Shown one piece after another: positions 23,460 through 36,977 of a stretch of 64,000 nucleotides of DNA. Made by a program: the position numbers and the translations under genes. The stretch lies in the NCBI RefSeq assembly GCF_006345805.1, contig NC_043001.1, forward strand, positions 89,280,001 through 89,344,000. The letters run 5' to 3'. The notes beneath the pieces are model-generated. The model had not been told where the DNA came from. It worked only from the letters and a program-made list of their open reading frames with translations, and did no database searches. How positions within the stretch are numbered: the first letter of the stretch is position 1; each line of letters starts with the position of its first letter. Source of the DNA: Octopus sinensis. Its lineage: Eukaryota.

Positions 23460-24615
23460 TTTAAATACATCATTTTCAAACTAGCTATTGCTATTGTCTC
23501 AATGGTCCTGTGGGTAAAGACATACAGACATAGCAACACATATACCCCTTGGACAAAGGATCAATCTTGGCCCATGGCCTATACTGATTGTTTTTGTTCT
23601 TCCTCCTTTTAACACATCTCTAGAGAAAAATAAAACTAAATGAGATCATATTACAATCCCTACCTGAGACTGAAACCTCCATCTACCCCACTGTCTTTGT
23701 CTGTCACCAAACACCCTTATCCACAAAGCCAGTAATACTACTTATACCAAATATGAGATATTTAAATCTATTCTAATGATTGGTTAGTGATTACATTAGT
23801 CTGATAGGTTTAAATACATCATTTTCAAACTAGTTATTGCTGTTGTCTCAATGGTCTTGTGGGTAAAGACATGGACACAGCAACACACAAACCCCTTTAA
23901 CAAAGGATCAATCTTGGCCTAAGTATTTTTTTCGCCCTCTTCTCCATTTACAGAAAAAATAAAACTGAATGAGATCATATCACAATCCCTACCTGAGACT
24001 GAAACCTTCATCTACCCCACTGTCTTGTCTGTCACCAAACGCCCTTATCCACAAGGCCAGTAATACTACTTATACCAAATATGAGATACTTAAATCTATT
24101 CTAATGATTGGTTATTGATTACATTAGTCTGATAGGTTTAAATACATTATTTTTAAACTAGCTATTGCTGTTGTCTCAATGGTCTTAAGGGTGGAGACAA
24201 TAGCAAGCAATATAGAAGCATCCTGATACAGAGTTCAATCTTGTCCCTGGGCATACACTGAAGGGTTTTGGGTTTTTTTTTAGTTGTTTGAGTGGGGCAC
24301 CTTCTTGAAGGTTTTAGTCAAATAAATCGATCCCTGTAATTAATTTTTTCAAGGCTGGTCCTTATTCTATCAGTCACTTTCACTGAACCATTAAATCCAA
24401 GTAAAAATTATCCACCTGCTTCTTTTTTCCCTTTCCCCTCCTATCTAACTAGATAGAAAACATGTAAATATTTAATAAAACTCTTTTATAATACTTGGCA
24501 GAGATTGAAACCCTCCACCTCAACATATGCCTCTGCTTATAAAGCACCTTTACCCACAAGGCTACCAAAGAAACAACTGTATCTATTTTTAAAAAATGTG
24601 ATATTTAAATATAAT
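23460..24615 (+). repeat. Tandem triplication of a roughly 330-350 bp unit, third copy diverged and interrupted
   Basis: TTTAAATACATCATTTT recurs at 23460, 23809 and 24137; the third copy resumes near 24490 after a SINE fragment. Confidence 0.85.
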
Positions 24616-25223
24616 TTCATCATTCACTATATAGCTACATTCATTATAAAGATGCTCAATCTCCTGCAAACAGCAGCTAACGCTCGCTTACATCACCTGT
24701 AACTGGTCTTCAGAAAAAACAAAGAACACCTCAGAGACATGGATCTAAAAGGGATGTACAACAGATTATTTTGATAATGTTTCACTTTAAAATATTTTGT
24801 TTAAACTTTAAATGAGAAATGTTGCAGTACCAGTAATTATATATTTCATTGTCCAATGTATCATAAAGAAAAAGTTACTGAAAACCACATATTAATGTAT
24901 TTCTTAATACATTATGACTGAGTGATAGATGGGTTGGTCATGGTTGGAGTGTTTTTGATCGTAGATCAACTCTAACAAAACAAAAACATTTTTAAAAATT
25001 GATTTTAGATTTTTCAAGTTTTTTTTTTTTTTTTCTTTAAATTATTGAAAGAATTACTTTGATATTGTTTTGGATGTGGATGACAGCCTCATCAACAGCA
25101 ATGATGACAGCTGAGAGAGAACTGCCACTACTACAGTGGACAATCACCAAGTCACTACTGCAGTGTTGTTCATCAGGCAAGGAACTGCTGTGAGCCCGAT
25201 AATGCTGAATAGTTTGAACAAAC

Positions 25224-25254
<31 letters not shown>

Positions 25255-25307
25255 CTAATATAGGATAAAATTTTCAAAAATTTTTATCAGTGGCCAGCAT
25301 TGCCCCC

Positions 25308-25376
<69 letters not shown>

Positions 25377-25869
25377 CATCATCATCATCTAACGCCCGTC
25401 TTCCACACTGGCATGGGTTGAACAGTTTATTGGCAAGCTGAAGGATCCAGTCCGATTCAGCCTGGCCCCTACGGTTTGACGCCCTTCCTAATGCCTACCA
25501 CTCTAGTGTGTGCTGGGTGCTTTTAATGTGGCACCAGCACAAATGCTTTTATGTGACGCTAGCTTGAGTGCTTTTATATGGCACCAGCCCTTGACTCTAG
25601 CAAACCAATCTTCTTTACCAGGGGAAGCAACCAGCCTTAACACCTCTGCTGTGAGGGAGAGGATAATGATGAGCTTCTTTCAGTTTTTATCTATGAAATG
25701 CACACTCATTTAAAATACTATTGGTTATTTTTTTGTCCCAACATGTCCTTTCCAAACCCCAACAAACAACAAATTACGTATTGCTTTGAGAACAAATTAA
25801 AATAAAAGGAATTTATGTATATATATTTACGTATATATGTATATATATATATTTACGTTTTTTTTTTTA

Positions 25870-26370
25870 AGTTTCAGGTCAGAGCTGCGGCCATGCTGAT
25901 GCACCGCCGTTTTGCTACACTGTTATTACTAAGAGCCTCCTCTAATATGTGGCACTTGGTGAAGAATGGAGTTTGATATAGCTACCCTCATTTGCATCTC
26001 TTGCTGTGAGGTAGGTTCATTTGGGACTCTCAACAGGAAGAGGTCCAGCTTTGATTTAAAAATCCCTACATCTACTTTGTGCAAGTTCCTCAGACTTTTT
26101 GGGAGAATATTAAAAAGCTGTGGTCCCTTGAAACCCAGGTTGTTGCAGTAACTGGTCCTGAAGCGTGATGGCATTGGTGTAGCTTTCAATGCCAAAATTT
26201 GGCACAATTCCTTCCAGATATATATTACTGCATACCTCTCCAGGGAATAGAATCTTAGCTGTTTCAACCTTTCCCAGTAGCTGAGCTGTTGCAAAGAGAC
26301 GATCTTCTTTGTGAATCTTTTCTGGATTGCTTCAAGGTCCGCTATTAATTTCACACAGGTGGGTGACCAT
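25870..26370 (-). mobile_element. CR1/L2-like LINE 3' fragment
   Basis: LEAIQKRFTKKI...LSYWERLKQLRFYSLER.YAVIYIWK...GPQLFNILPKSLRN...FKSKLDLFL..VPNEP. Confidence 0.8.
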
Positions 26371-26434
26371 AGGTGTAAGCAGTAATCCAGCGGCTGAGGA
26401 CAAATGTCCGTCAGAGGACCATCATGGTTTCCTT

Positions 26435-26482
<48 letters not shown>

Positions 26483-26899
26483 TACATACGTGGAAAATCA
26501 GTGTGTTTGTTTGTGGCATTGTTAGTTAACTCCTCTTACATCATGTTATTGATTTTGATGAAACTTGCGACATGAGTAGAACTCATGTCTGGAAACCTTG
26601 TGACATACTTAGATTTTTGAAAAAAATCGATAATACAGCCCATGGAAGGGACCTTTATATCTACCTCATATAACTATTGTTTTAAACACCTAAGGGAAAT
26701 AACCCATAGTAACTGTACCTTATTTTTCAAACACTCAAGGGAAATAACCCATTTCATTGTTTATGTTTGATTACCCACATATATATATACATGTACACAC
26801 ACACACACATATATATATATACACACACATATATATATACACATATGCATATACATCTAAACATACACACACATATATATATATAAATATATACATAGT

Positions 26900-27065
26900 G
26901 AGAATTTACAAAAAAACAAAAGATGAAGACGGGTGTGTAAACAACAAACAGATGTATTAGTTTAACGCTCAAGAAGTGAGAAAGTCTTTTACGTTTTGAG
27001 CCGATGCTCTTCGACAGAAATAAACAGGGAGAGAAAATAGAAACGGTTTAGTGGCTAGCGATCTA
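26900..27065 (-). mobile_element. Second copy of the Penelope-type terminal fragment; hammerhead-like motif at 26985-27022
   Basis: Minus strand reads TATTT CTGTCGA A GAGC atcg GCTC AAA ACGT A AAAGA. Downstream sequence is homologous to 44752-44847. Confidence 0.65.
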
Positions 27066-27659
27066 TCATCTACATACATATATAAGAAATGAAAGGGCTT
27101 AATAAATCCAGGAAGATTTCTATAAAGCACTGTGTTAAACAAATTTGATTAACACTATCAATCAGATTGGAATATGAATACCAGAGTACAAAACGGACAA
27201 TTTCAGACTGACAAGCGTTTGTAAGGAGAACAGAATTGCCGTATTGGAAATAAGGCTTTATTCAACTTCTTTGACAGATACGGTAGACAAATAATAATTT
27301 TTGCCAGCAAGTCAAAAATGAGTTAATGACGACATGATGCAGTTTGGTAATGAAAAGCTAGCCAAAATAGTTACGTATAAAAAATACATACATGAACAGC
27401 ATGTATATTTTCATATAAACATGTATATGCAAACAACATAAACATGCATACACACCGTTTATTGCATTCTCACAACACAGATATCAATAATTGCGAGTAG
27501 AATTAATATCCAAGGTAATTCTTTATGCATTACAAGTAACTCCAAATATCACTTCGAAGAATTTCAAGAAATTCAGAGTTTAAGACAACAAGAATAAGAA
27601 TAGAGAAAATTACATCTTTAATTGATGAATACATCACACATTACTGATGATCCTTTCTG

Positions 27660-28071
27660 TCACAGATGGCTCTAGTAACACAGGAATGGATGGCTGAAAA
27701 TTTTCATGATCACATAACCTCTAACATTTGGCCTCCTAATTCCCCAGATCTCAATCCATTGGACTATTACGTGTAGAGCGTTGTTGAGATAGTGGTCAAT
27801 GAACATGCCCATAATGCCAAAGATTCTTTGAAAGCTGACATAGAGTAATGTCCAAAATGAACCAGGACCACTTGATTCAAGCATGTAGATGATTTATATC
27901 TCATATAGAAGCAGTTGTTAAAGTTTAAGGTAGCTTTATTGAATAACATTATAGAAAAGAAGGTTTATTTTTATCCTCAGCATTTTTTGATAAATAAAAT
28001 TATCATCTGTTATTATATATCTGTTTTTTTTATAAACATAAATCTGTCCTCAAAATACCTTACGCACCTTG
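27660..28071 (+). mobile_element. Tc1/mariner transposase C-terminal remnant with right TIR
   Basis: QEWMAENFHDHITSNIWPPNSPDLNPLDYYV; ends ...ACGCACCTTG|TA. Confidence 0.8.
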
Positions 28072-29129
28072 TATATAAATAAGTAACAAAGATGTACAGG
28101 TGTCAATTCATAACAGCTGTTTCAAATGACTCCATTTAATTATTTAATGAGAACATTATATCACTTTGAAACAAACTGCTCGCTTCAAAGTATCTTTATA
28201 CATTGTTCAGTTTCCTGACATTTGTACATAATTCTATGTACTATACATGCACCTTTGATAATTGGTAGTGCACCTGAGCACTATACACAATAATTTCATT
28301 ATTATTTTCACCTCCACTAACACAAGTCTAATAAAACTAAATAAACTGATGGTTTAATAGAAATTTGAGGTTAGTTAATTTAGAAATTAATAGAATACAA
28401 TAACTAAATGGAAAAGATCTGCATCTACATTCAAACTTTGGACTAAATGAACAGAGTAAAAAGTGAAATTTTATTATAATAAAAGTTCAGAGTTTAACAG
28501 TTGATATTGTACAGTTTCTCAGATTTATTTCTCAAAATAGAAATAGAAAAGTTATAATGACTAAGAATGCAAAGGCTATTGGTGAAGAAAATGCCATTGC
28601 ATGACATAACTATGAACTATAAGTTGAAACTGTTTACTATCTATCAACAGAAAATAAAAGTGTTTACTATCTATTCAAAGAAAATATGGAATAAAAGAAT
28701 AGAACTAAGGTTACTGGAAACATTATAATATGGTAGAAAAAGGTATGCATATGTATGCAATAGATTGTTACAAATTTGGAAAAATAGTAGATTTAAAGCA
28801 TTTTAAATTTCTAAAGATACTATTATATCAAGATTAATTCTGAGTGTCGACTAAATAAAGGGGAGTTGGAAACAAAATTTTTTTTAAATAAATAACTAAC
28901 AGGAGAGATCTTCAGAGGAAGAACTCCCATCCAACAAGTATTTCAGCCCTTCCTGGCATTCTACGGGAGCCGGGCCCACCCAGATCATTTCTCTCCTAGG
29001 TGTCATTCTGTTGCTTTCCAAAATCCTGTCTCCAGTTGGATTTGAACCTGGGTTGTTCTTTTTTGCAAACTTGTGTTCCCAGGTCTGTGTTTCAACCCAC
29101 TAGGCCACACTGACCGGCAAAGGAACCAG

Positions 29130-29330
29130 TTCTCTTCTTCCTTATATTTCAGTAACTGGGTCCATTGGTCATTTCTCTTCACCCATGTTCTCATTGAGCT
29201 CTTTTCAGCAACATCAGACAAGCATTTCATTGTGGCAGTTCTTCTGTGGCCTTTGATAACTGCTCGAGTAGCTGACAGGTTGATGCAGCCACAAATTTTC
29301 ACGTTCCAACTTCAACTGGTCTCATAGTAC
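29130..29330 (-). mobile_element. Degraded RLE-LINE (CRE/NeSL-like) C-terminal fragment
   Basis: PVEVG..FVAASTCQLL, then after a frameshift LSDVAEKSSMRTWVKRNDQW. Confidence 0.55.
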
Positions 29331-29827
29331 AGTGGTAACCCATACATATACACATATATGATTCTGAGATGCAAAGTGGACATGACTTTTTATTATTGTT
29401 GTTGTAAAGTTTTGTGATATATATATTACACACACACACACATACTCACAAATACACAAACACATACATACATAAGACCATGTGAAAATCGCATATTTTT
29501 CAAATAGCCTGCCTGTTAAACAGGAAGAAGTTTTTCTGTTTAATGGGCAGACTATTCAATAACGCATGTTTTTTTATGAGACTGTCCAATTTCAATTTCT
29601 AATCAAATGTTCCAGGAAGAAGCGTTATTCACTTTATATAAGAAACAAGCTCCCAGATTTGAAATTCATTTGAAAAGTATCATGCACGAAACTCTCAGCT
29701 CTTGGAGTTAGTTTTGCAACTTTCTACCAATTGGAAATAATAAAAGGATACAAGTATATGCATATACATGACATATATATGCACACACACTCATATATAA
29801 ACACATACATACAAATACATGTGTATA

Positions 29828-29872
<45 letters not shown>

Positions 29873-30130
29873 ACACACACACACACACACATACATAATG
29901 TAAATGTGAGTGCCTGTATTAATATTTGCATTGTTCTTGAAACCAGTTTTATTTTGCTATGTCCTTTCATGTTCCATTAACTTCAACAAACATATCAATA
30001 AAATAAAAAAACAGAGGGAGAGGAGAGGGAGACAGATATGGGGTGGGGGAGAAAGAGTGAGAGTGAGAGAGGGAGGAGGTCTGTGCAGAGGTTGAAAGGA
30101 TGTGTGGTGACAGTAGAAAGTTGAACTTAC

Positions 30131-30247
30131 TACATCTCAGTTCATCTGCAGCATTGGAACATCGGCTGACTCCATCACACCTCTCTTCATCAGTGTAACA
30201 CAGACTGGTTGATGTGCCACAAGAGAATGTATTGAAAGAACAAGCAT
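30131..30247 (-). CDS. LRP12: LRP12-like receptor, LDLa repeat 4 (phase 1/1)
   Basis: ccgttatag|AT acceptor and A|gtaagt donor; 117 nt. ACSFNTFSCGTSTSLCYTDEERCDGVSRCSNAADELRC. Confidence 0.93.
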
Positions 30248-30904
30248 CTATAACGGAGCGGGGAAGAACAAAATGATATTCTAGATACATCTACATTGAA
30301 GTATAGGTTCATCATCATCATCATCATCATCAACACCACCACCACCACCACCACCACCACTGCTACTACTATTATCATCATCATTATAATCATTTTAGTT
30401 ATCATTTTTTTTCAGTACCAGTATGGGTTGGGATAGTTTAGCCATCTAGCATATCTCCCAGCAATTAGGTCCTCTATCTCCTCACCTGTGATGCACTATG
30501 TCCTCACAAATGAACTAACCTCCCCCCATCCCCTGACCATTTAATCATTAATTACCTCTGCTCAATATACTTCCTTCCAACAAATGACAACGACAGTTTC
30601 CCCACCTCATGTATCATTCACATGATTTGTTGGCGTAAGTGTTTTTTTAGGTATGCCCTTCCTATCACACACCAGTCGAGCTTGGGGAAGAGAGCGAGAC
30701 CTGCTTTTTATTCAGTCAGATGAACAGGAGCATAGAGAATTAATGATTTATCCTTATTTAGACCTTGGATAGAGGTAAAAAATATATATGTACACTATAC
30801 AGCAACAAGAAATATATACACCTTATAGAACAACTAAACACAAATATTTACTTTATACCCATACAAGTATATACAAAGTGTACGGCAATAAACAACAGAC
30901 TTAC

Positions 30905-31021
30905 CACAGCCTCTTTCATCACCACCATGTTTCTTACAATTCCACACACCATCACACTGTTGGTGTGGTGAATAACAAGCATTTTCTCCAAAACCACAAG
31001 GTGTGTGACCAGGGTAACAGC
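30905..31021 (-). CDS. LRP12: LRP12-like receptor, LDLa repeat 3 (phase 1/1)
   Basis: ttattttcag|GC acceptor and G|gtaagt donor; 117 nt. CYPGHTPCGFGENACYSPHQQCDGVWNCKKHGGDERGC resembles LRP12 CLPWEIPCGGNWGCYTEQQRCDGYWHC. Confidence 0.93.
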
Positions 31022-32453
31022 CTGAAAATAACAACAATACTATCAATTGCAAAATACTGGTCATTATCTCAGTATCAAAGCTATTACTTTTGATTTGTAA
31101 TAATAAACAACAGCAACATATCAAACCATAATGTTGGTAACTGTGTTCCTTCTATGACATGAGATTACAGGCAGAATGATAAATGTGTCTGTTGATCAAT
31201 GTATCACCTGAAAGACTAGACACACAAAAGAAAATCTGCTAAACAACATAAAGCAGGAGTGGAGTGATCATGCTGATATTGCATCAATGCTTTCATTAGT
31301 GAACAATAAGGAATAAAACCTTTACCTGTATCCTAGTAAGGTAATATTTCCCCATAGCTAGACATGATTTCGTATAATATTGAAAATGAATAACATGTAG
31401 CTGGAAACATTCATGCAATGTCAAGACAAGGAGATACAAACACTTTCACACAAACATACACATTCTTACATACATGTACTTAAATGACAGGCTTCTCTCA
31501 GTTTCTGTCTACCAAATCACAAGGCTTTGGTAAGTCCAGGGCTATGGTAGAAGACACTTGCCCAAGGTGCTATACAATGGATTTAAATCCAAAACAATGT
31601 GGTTGGGAAGCAAACTTGATAACCACACAGTCACACCTCTAACTATAGCTACACCTGCATGGCAAATGTAACTAAACATTGCTAATGCATAATAAGGAAC
31701 CAATATAACAGTAGAAAATAAAAACAAAAAGAAAAATCTCAACTTTTTAGTGTGAGTGGAATAAAATAAATAGCTACCAGAGTCTAACAACTTATTGTTA
31801 ACTCAGGTATCACTAAAGGACCACTGTGGTTAGCCAGCATCTGAAACCAATTTAAGAAGAAACATGGTAACCACCAGGATTATACATCTCTTTCAACTAA
31901 TTTTTGGAAATGTGTGCGTATATATATATATCATCATCATCATCATTTAACATGTGTTGTCCATGCTAGCATGGGTTGGATGGTTTAACCAGGGCTGACA
32001 AGCTGGACGGCTGCATCAAACACCAGTCTGTTTTGGCATGGTTTCTATGGTTGGATGCCCTTCCTAATGCCAACCACTCTGAGAGTGTAATGGGTGCTTT
32101 TACATGCCACTGGCATGTAAACATGCCATTTGTGTAACATCAGTATTTACCATGACTGTGGTTTTACTTGGCTTCATGGGTCTTCTTCTCAAGCACAGCA
32201 TAATACCAAATAGACTCGGTCATTGCCTCCATGAGGCCCAATGCTCGAAAGGTACTTCTATGTGTAATGGGTGCTTATACATGCCACTGGCATGGATGCC
32301 ATTTGCGCAATACCAGTATCTTCCATGATTGCGATTTTACTTGGCTTGATGGGTCTTCTTCTCAAGTACAACATAATGCCAAAGGTCTTGGTCATTGCCT
32401 CTGTGAGGCCCAACATTCAAAAGGAGCTTCGTCTCAGTCCTTGCCTCCCATGT

Positions 32454-32497
<44 letters not shown>

Positions 32498-32865
32498 AAA
32501 TTTGACTTTATAAAATTTTTTAAAATCTACTTTGGTTTTATTCAATGTGCTAGTAATCTTCATTATTATATATATATATATATTATATATATATATATAT
32601 AATATATATATGTGTGTGTGTGTATATATATTTAGGCATAAGTATTATCATTAATATTCTGAATATTGGGCAAAGAAGAGAACTAGGAAGAAATAATAGT
32701 GAAGAGCAAATTCTATTAACCTAATAAAATATAGATGCAGTAAAATAAAATACTGCACTGATCTTTGAGAAGCAATGATTCATTTTAGATACAGCAGAAA
32801 CTTTCATTTAATAATAGTAAAGTAATACAAATTAGCATAATTTCTCCTTGTTCTAATTAACAAAA

Positions 32866-33417
32866 CATTTTTTTTTATTTGTTTCTGGGTGCCAGTTGCT
32901 TAAGAGTTCCAGTTGTTTGAGGAGTTCATGACATAAAAAAACTATTGTTCCTTTCCATTATAAATTTAAGGCTTTTATTTATTTATGTTAATGAAAGGAG
33001 GAAACTATGATCACAAAATTTATGTTAGGTGGGCTCTATCTTCTGAAAGTCTGCCTAAAATCTTTAGAAACTTTATATCAGAATTACAAAACCAACTTAA
33101 TACTTTAGCATTTAACCCAGCCATATCTGGCACAAGTATTCATTTTTTTTTATTTGTTTCTGGGTGCCAGTTGCTTAAGAGTTCCAGTTGTTTGAGGAGT
33201 TCATGACATAAAAAAACTATTGTTCCTTTCCATTATAAATTTAAGGCTTTTATTTATTTATGTTAATGAAAGGAGGAAACTATGATCACAAAATTTATGT
33301 TAGGTGGGCTCTATCTTCTGAAAGTCTGCCTAAAATCTTTAGAAACTTTATATCAGAATTACAAAACCAACTTAATACTTTAGCATTTAACCCAGCCATA
33401 TCTGGCACAAGTATTCA
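32866..33417 (+). repeat. Apparently identical 275-bp direct tandem duplication
   Basis: Units 32866-33140 and 33141-33415; no mismatch seen by eye. Confidence 0.95.
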
Positions 33418-33580
33418 ATCTGCTTAATGTTCAAAATCTCACACCTACCCTACAATGTCACACTAAAACAAACAGTCACATCACTCAAATTTCAAAGCTA
33501 CAAGGTAATGCATAATCAATTCAAAACAATGTGAATAAATAAACATTACATTTAACAGAGTAATTTGAATATTAAAAGGG
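33376..33580. mobile_element. piggyBac-type MITE
   Basis: TTAA flanks, ...AAAGGG|TTAA end; body homologous to 10304-10522. Confidence 0.75.
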
Positions 33581-34769
33581 TTAAAATAATCTCAGAATAT
33601 TAAAAATTCTAGTTTAGTGGGAAGTTAATATATTATGTAAAGTAGGGAAAGTAAACAGTGTTCAGGCTGGAAGATAGGGTATAGTGGAAGTGACAAAATA
33701 CAGATAAATAGGTGAATGCACCAAGTGTAGGGTAGTTAGGGTAATCATAAAGTTCAAAGGTGAGACGTTGCATGAGGGATAAAATAGTAATAATAGTGAT
33801 TTCAAATGTTTGCACCAGTAATTTCAGAGGAGGAACTAAGTTGTTACACTGGCCCTAGTGCTCAAGTGGAACTTATTTTATCAACTTTGAAAGATTGAGA
33901 GGCAAGGTCAACCTCATTTCACTGATTCGAAGGGATGAAGGGTAAAGTTGACAGCAGAGAAATTTTGACCAAGAACATAAAGATGGGCAAAATATCACTA
34001 AACATCAATCCCCATGCAAGACTGGTACTTATTTTGTCAACCCTGAAAGGATAAAAGGCAAAGTTGACCTTAATAAGATTTTAAAATGGCTTCAAATTTT
34101 GCCACAAGGCCAGCAATCTTAAGAAGTGGGTAAGTCAATTACATCAACCCTGCACTTAACTGGTATTATCAATCCTGAAATGGTGAAAGGCAAAAATCTA
34201 TCACAGCAGAATTGAAATTCAGAACATAAAGAGTTAGGCATTTTGATAGTTGTGTTGATTTGTTTACAAACACAGTCACACATACATACATATATATATG
34301 ACAGGCTTCTTTCATTTTCCCTCAAACAAATCCACTAACAAGACTTTAACAAACCTGGAACTATTGTACAAGATATTTGCCCAAGGTGCCATGCAGTGGG
34401 ACTGAACCCAGAATCATGTGGTTGAGAAGCAAGCTTCTTACCATAGCATCAAAATAACTACATAGTTTAATTTGCCACAAAGCAACAAACAGATGGGACA
34501 TTATAAGGGTAAATTACATGGTAAAAGTTTGTTTATGTAGAATCTATTATGGGCATGGAAAACAAAAACTATAAAAAAGGCATATACAGAAAATAGCTTA
34601 CAGATATTTTCAATATAAATGAAAAAACAAAACCTAAACAAAACAATACACATACCCAAAATACACAGAGCTGCACTTGATAGTGCAGTGAAAGCATGCA
34701 ATATGAAAAAACTACTGGAAAATAATAATAATAATTGTTAGTGCTTGTGAAAGTATTCTTGCGTAGAAA

Positions 34770-35380
34770 GAGTACAAGCGCAGACACAACAAGGTAGCCT
34801 AAAACCTTCACTGGCTACTATGCTGGAAGTATGGATATGAGGTAACAGGTGCTTGGTACCAAAATACACCGGAAAATGTAATGGATGAAAAGGAGAAGGC
34901 AAAAATCCCCTTGGACTTTGACTTCCAGACAGACAAGATGTTAGAGCACCGAAGGCCAGATATAGTAACCTTTAGGAGGGACAAACAAGAGTGCCTAATA
35001 TTCGACATGGCAGTGCCACCAGATCAACATATCATCATGAAAGAAAGAGAAAAGATTGATAAATATGGAGACCTGAGAATTGAGATCACTAAGATGTAGC
35101 AGCTACGGGAATCAAACATAAAGGTTGTCCCTATTGTCATCAGAGCATTGGGTTCAATACCACCCGACCTGAAAAAACATCTGGAAACTTTAGAAATACC
35201 CTACAATCTAGGTGTATTTCAAAAATTGGAACTGCACACGTATTGCGTAAAGTACTATCAGTCTGAGGTCCTTGTTATGACTTGACACAGTACAAGCCCC
35301 TCCAGTACACACAATATCTTCAATCAACAACATCATGATATTGGATACTGTGCAACATCTTAAATAATAATAAAAATAAT
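34770..35380 (+). mobile_element. RLE-endonuclease LINE (R2/R4/NeSL-type) 3' fragment with (AAT)n tail
   Basis: DFDFQTDKMLEHRRPDIV...CLIFDMAVP.D...EREKIDKYGDLRIEI..VPIVI.ALG: PD-(D/E)xK nuclease pattern. Confidence 0.8.
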
Positions 35381-35587
35381 AATCCTTTCTACTGTAGGTA
35401 CAAGGCCTAAAATTTGGGGCAAGGGATTAAGTTGATTACATCGACCCCAGTGCATAACTGGTACTTATTTCCTCATTTCCGAAAGGATGAAAGGCAAAGT
35501 CAGCAGAATTTGAACTCGGAACATAGTGATAGGTGAAATACCACTAAGCATTTCATCCAGCTTACTAATGATTCTGCCAGCTCACTG

Positions 35588-35620
<33 letters not shown>

Positions 35621-36211
35621 GGTGACGATGATGATGACAATTTCAAATTTTGGCACAAGGCCAGCAATTTTGAGGGATGAAATAAGTTGATTACAACAAC
35701 CCCAGTGTTCAACTGGTGCTTATTTTATCAATCTTGAAAGGATGAAAGGCAAAGTCAACCTCAGCAGAATTTGAACTTGGAACATAGAGACAGACAAAAT
35801 AATGCTAAGCATTTTTCCCAATGAACTAACAATTCTGCCAGCTTGCTGCCTCTGATGATGATGATGATAAAGTGAAAAGGAAGGTTGGAATGCTTTTCTT
35901 CCTAGTGAGGTGCTGGACTCCAGGTGAGAATGCAAAAGTGATTCAACAGGCCAGTTTGACAAAAAAAAAAAACCTATGCTTCATGGCATCTACTTTAAAC
36001 ACAATCTTATTTGAAACATTGACATGAAGCTGATAGTAAGATTGCAAAAGCTGCATAGAACTAGGCCAAAACCCAATGAAGAAATCAAACCTGTGCTCTA
36101 AGTTAAATCTAAAACCATGGCGCATGTGCACACACACAATTATTTTACAGTCCACCACTGTTTTACCATTTTGGAACCATTGATTTATAGTCCGGTGAAG
36201 TGAGTTATTAA

Positions 36212-36402
36212 CCCTTTTAGCATCAACTGCATGAGACTGTTCTTAGTCCTATGAGACAAAGCCTCCCAGTAAAATTTCATGTTAATTTATTTGTTTTAGA
36301 TACCAGCTTTATAATGAGAAAGTTCTTTTACTAAATTTTTCATTATTTTCAAAATTAATTGAAACAGACAGTACAATTCAATAGAAATTTGGTAATAAAG
36401 GG
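36212..36402. mobile_element. piggyBac-type MITE, different body (191 bp)
   Basis: TTAA|CCCTTT ... AAAGGG|TTAA. Confidence 0.6.
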
Positions 36403-36977
36403 TTAAGACTGGAAGGCTTCTGTTATGAATACTATATATCACCATGACTAATTTCCTCTTGTGGACTAGTACTATTACTCTCAAACTGCTTCAGGGCCTA
36501 TGAGAAGCAAGTGGGGTTCAGTTGATACATTGGTCCTGGGGATCCAGGAAGGAAACCAATGAATTTGTGTCAGATTAGAAGGATCCATGCCTTTCCATAT
36601 AAGACCAAAGGCAACCTAGTTCTGCTTTGAAAGATTTCTCCCAGAAGTCAAGCCTGAAACAATTGACACAGGCCAGTCCATGTTAATGATGTGACCCAGC
36701 CGCTGCTATTGAGAGGACCCAACCCATGTTATTGATGTGATCCAGCCCCTGCTATCAATATGATCTAGCTCTTGCTATCAATATTATCAAGCCCTTGCTA
36801 CTGATGAGCTCAAGCCTTGCTACTGATATGACTCAGCTCTTGCTATTAATGTGAGTTGTGGCTCTGTGCAAATCCTTCTACTTAAATGCAAAATAACTGT
36901 AGAGGGAAGGGTATGTGAAGAAGAAAGTGAGAGGCAGAGGAGTAGAGAAAGTAGAAAGTGAGGAGAATAAAATATAC

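Noticed and set aside
29025-29115. tRNA-like A and B boxes on minus; similar heads at about 610-690 and 23290-23360
   Set aside because: No cloverleaf can be folded and the box spacing is abnormal; these are SINE heads, not tRNA genes.
31326-31400. 75-nt segment with AG/GT boundaries in the LDLa2-LDLa3 intron
   Set aside because: Has a stop in the required phase 1 frame; the open frame is phase 0 and not CUB-like.
33633-33815. ORF containing YPNYP, considered as the missing CUB2
   Set aside because: No CUB cysteines, W or YDG motif, and no suitable splice sites.
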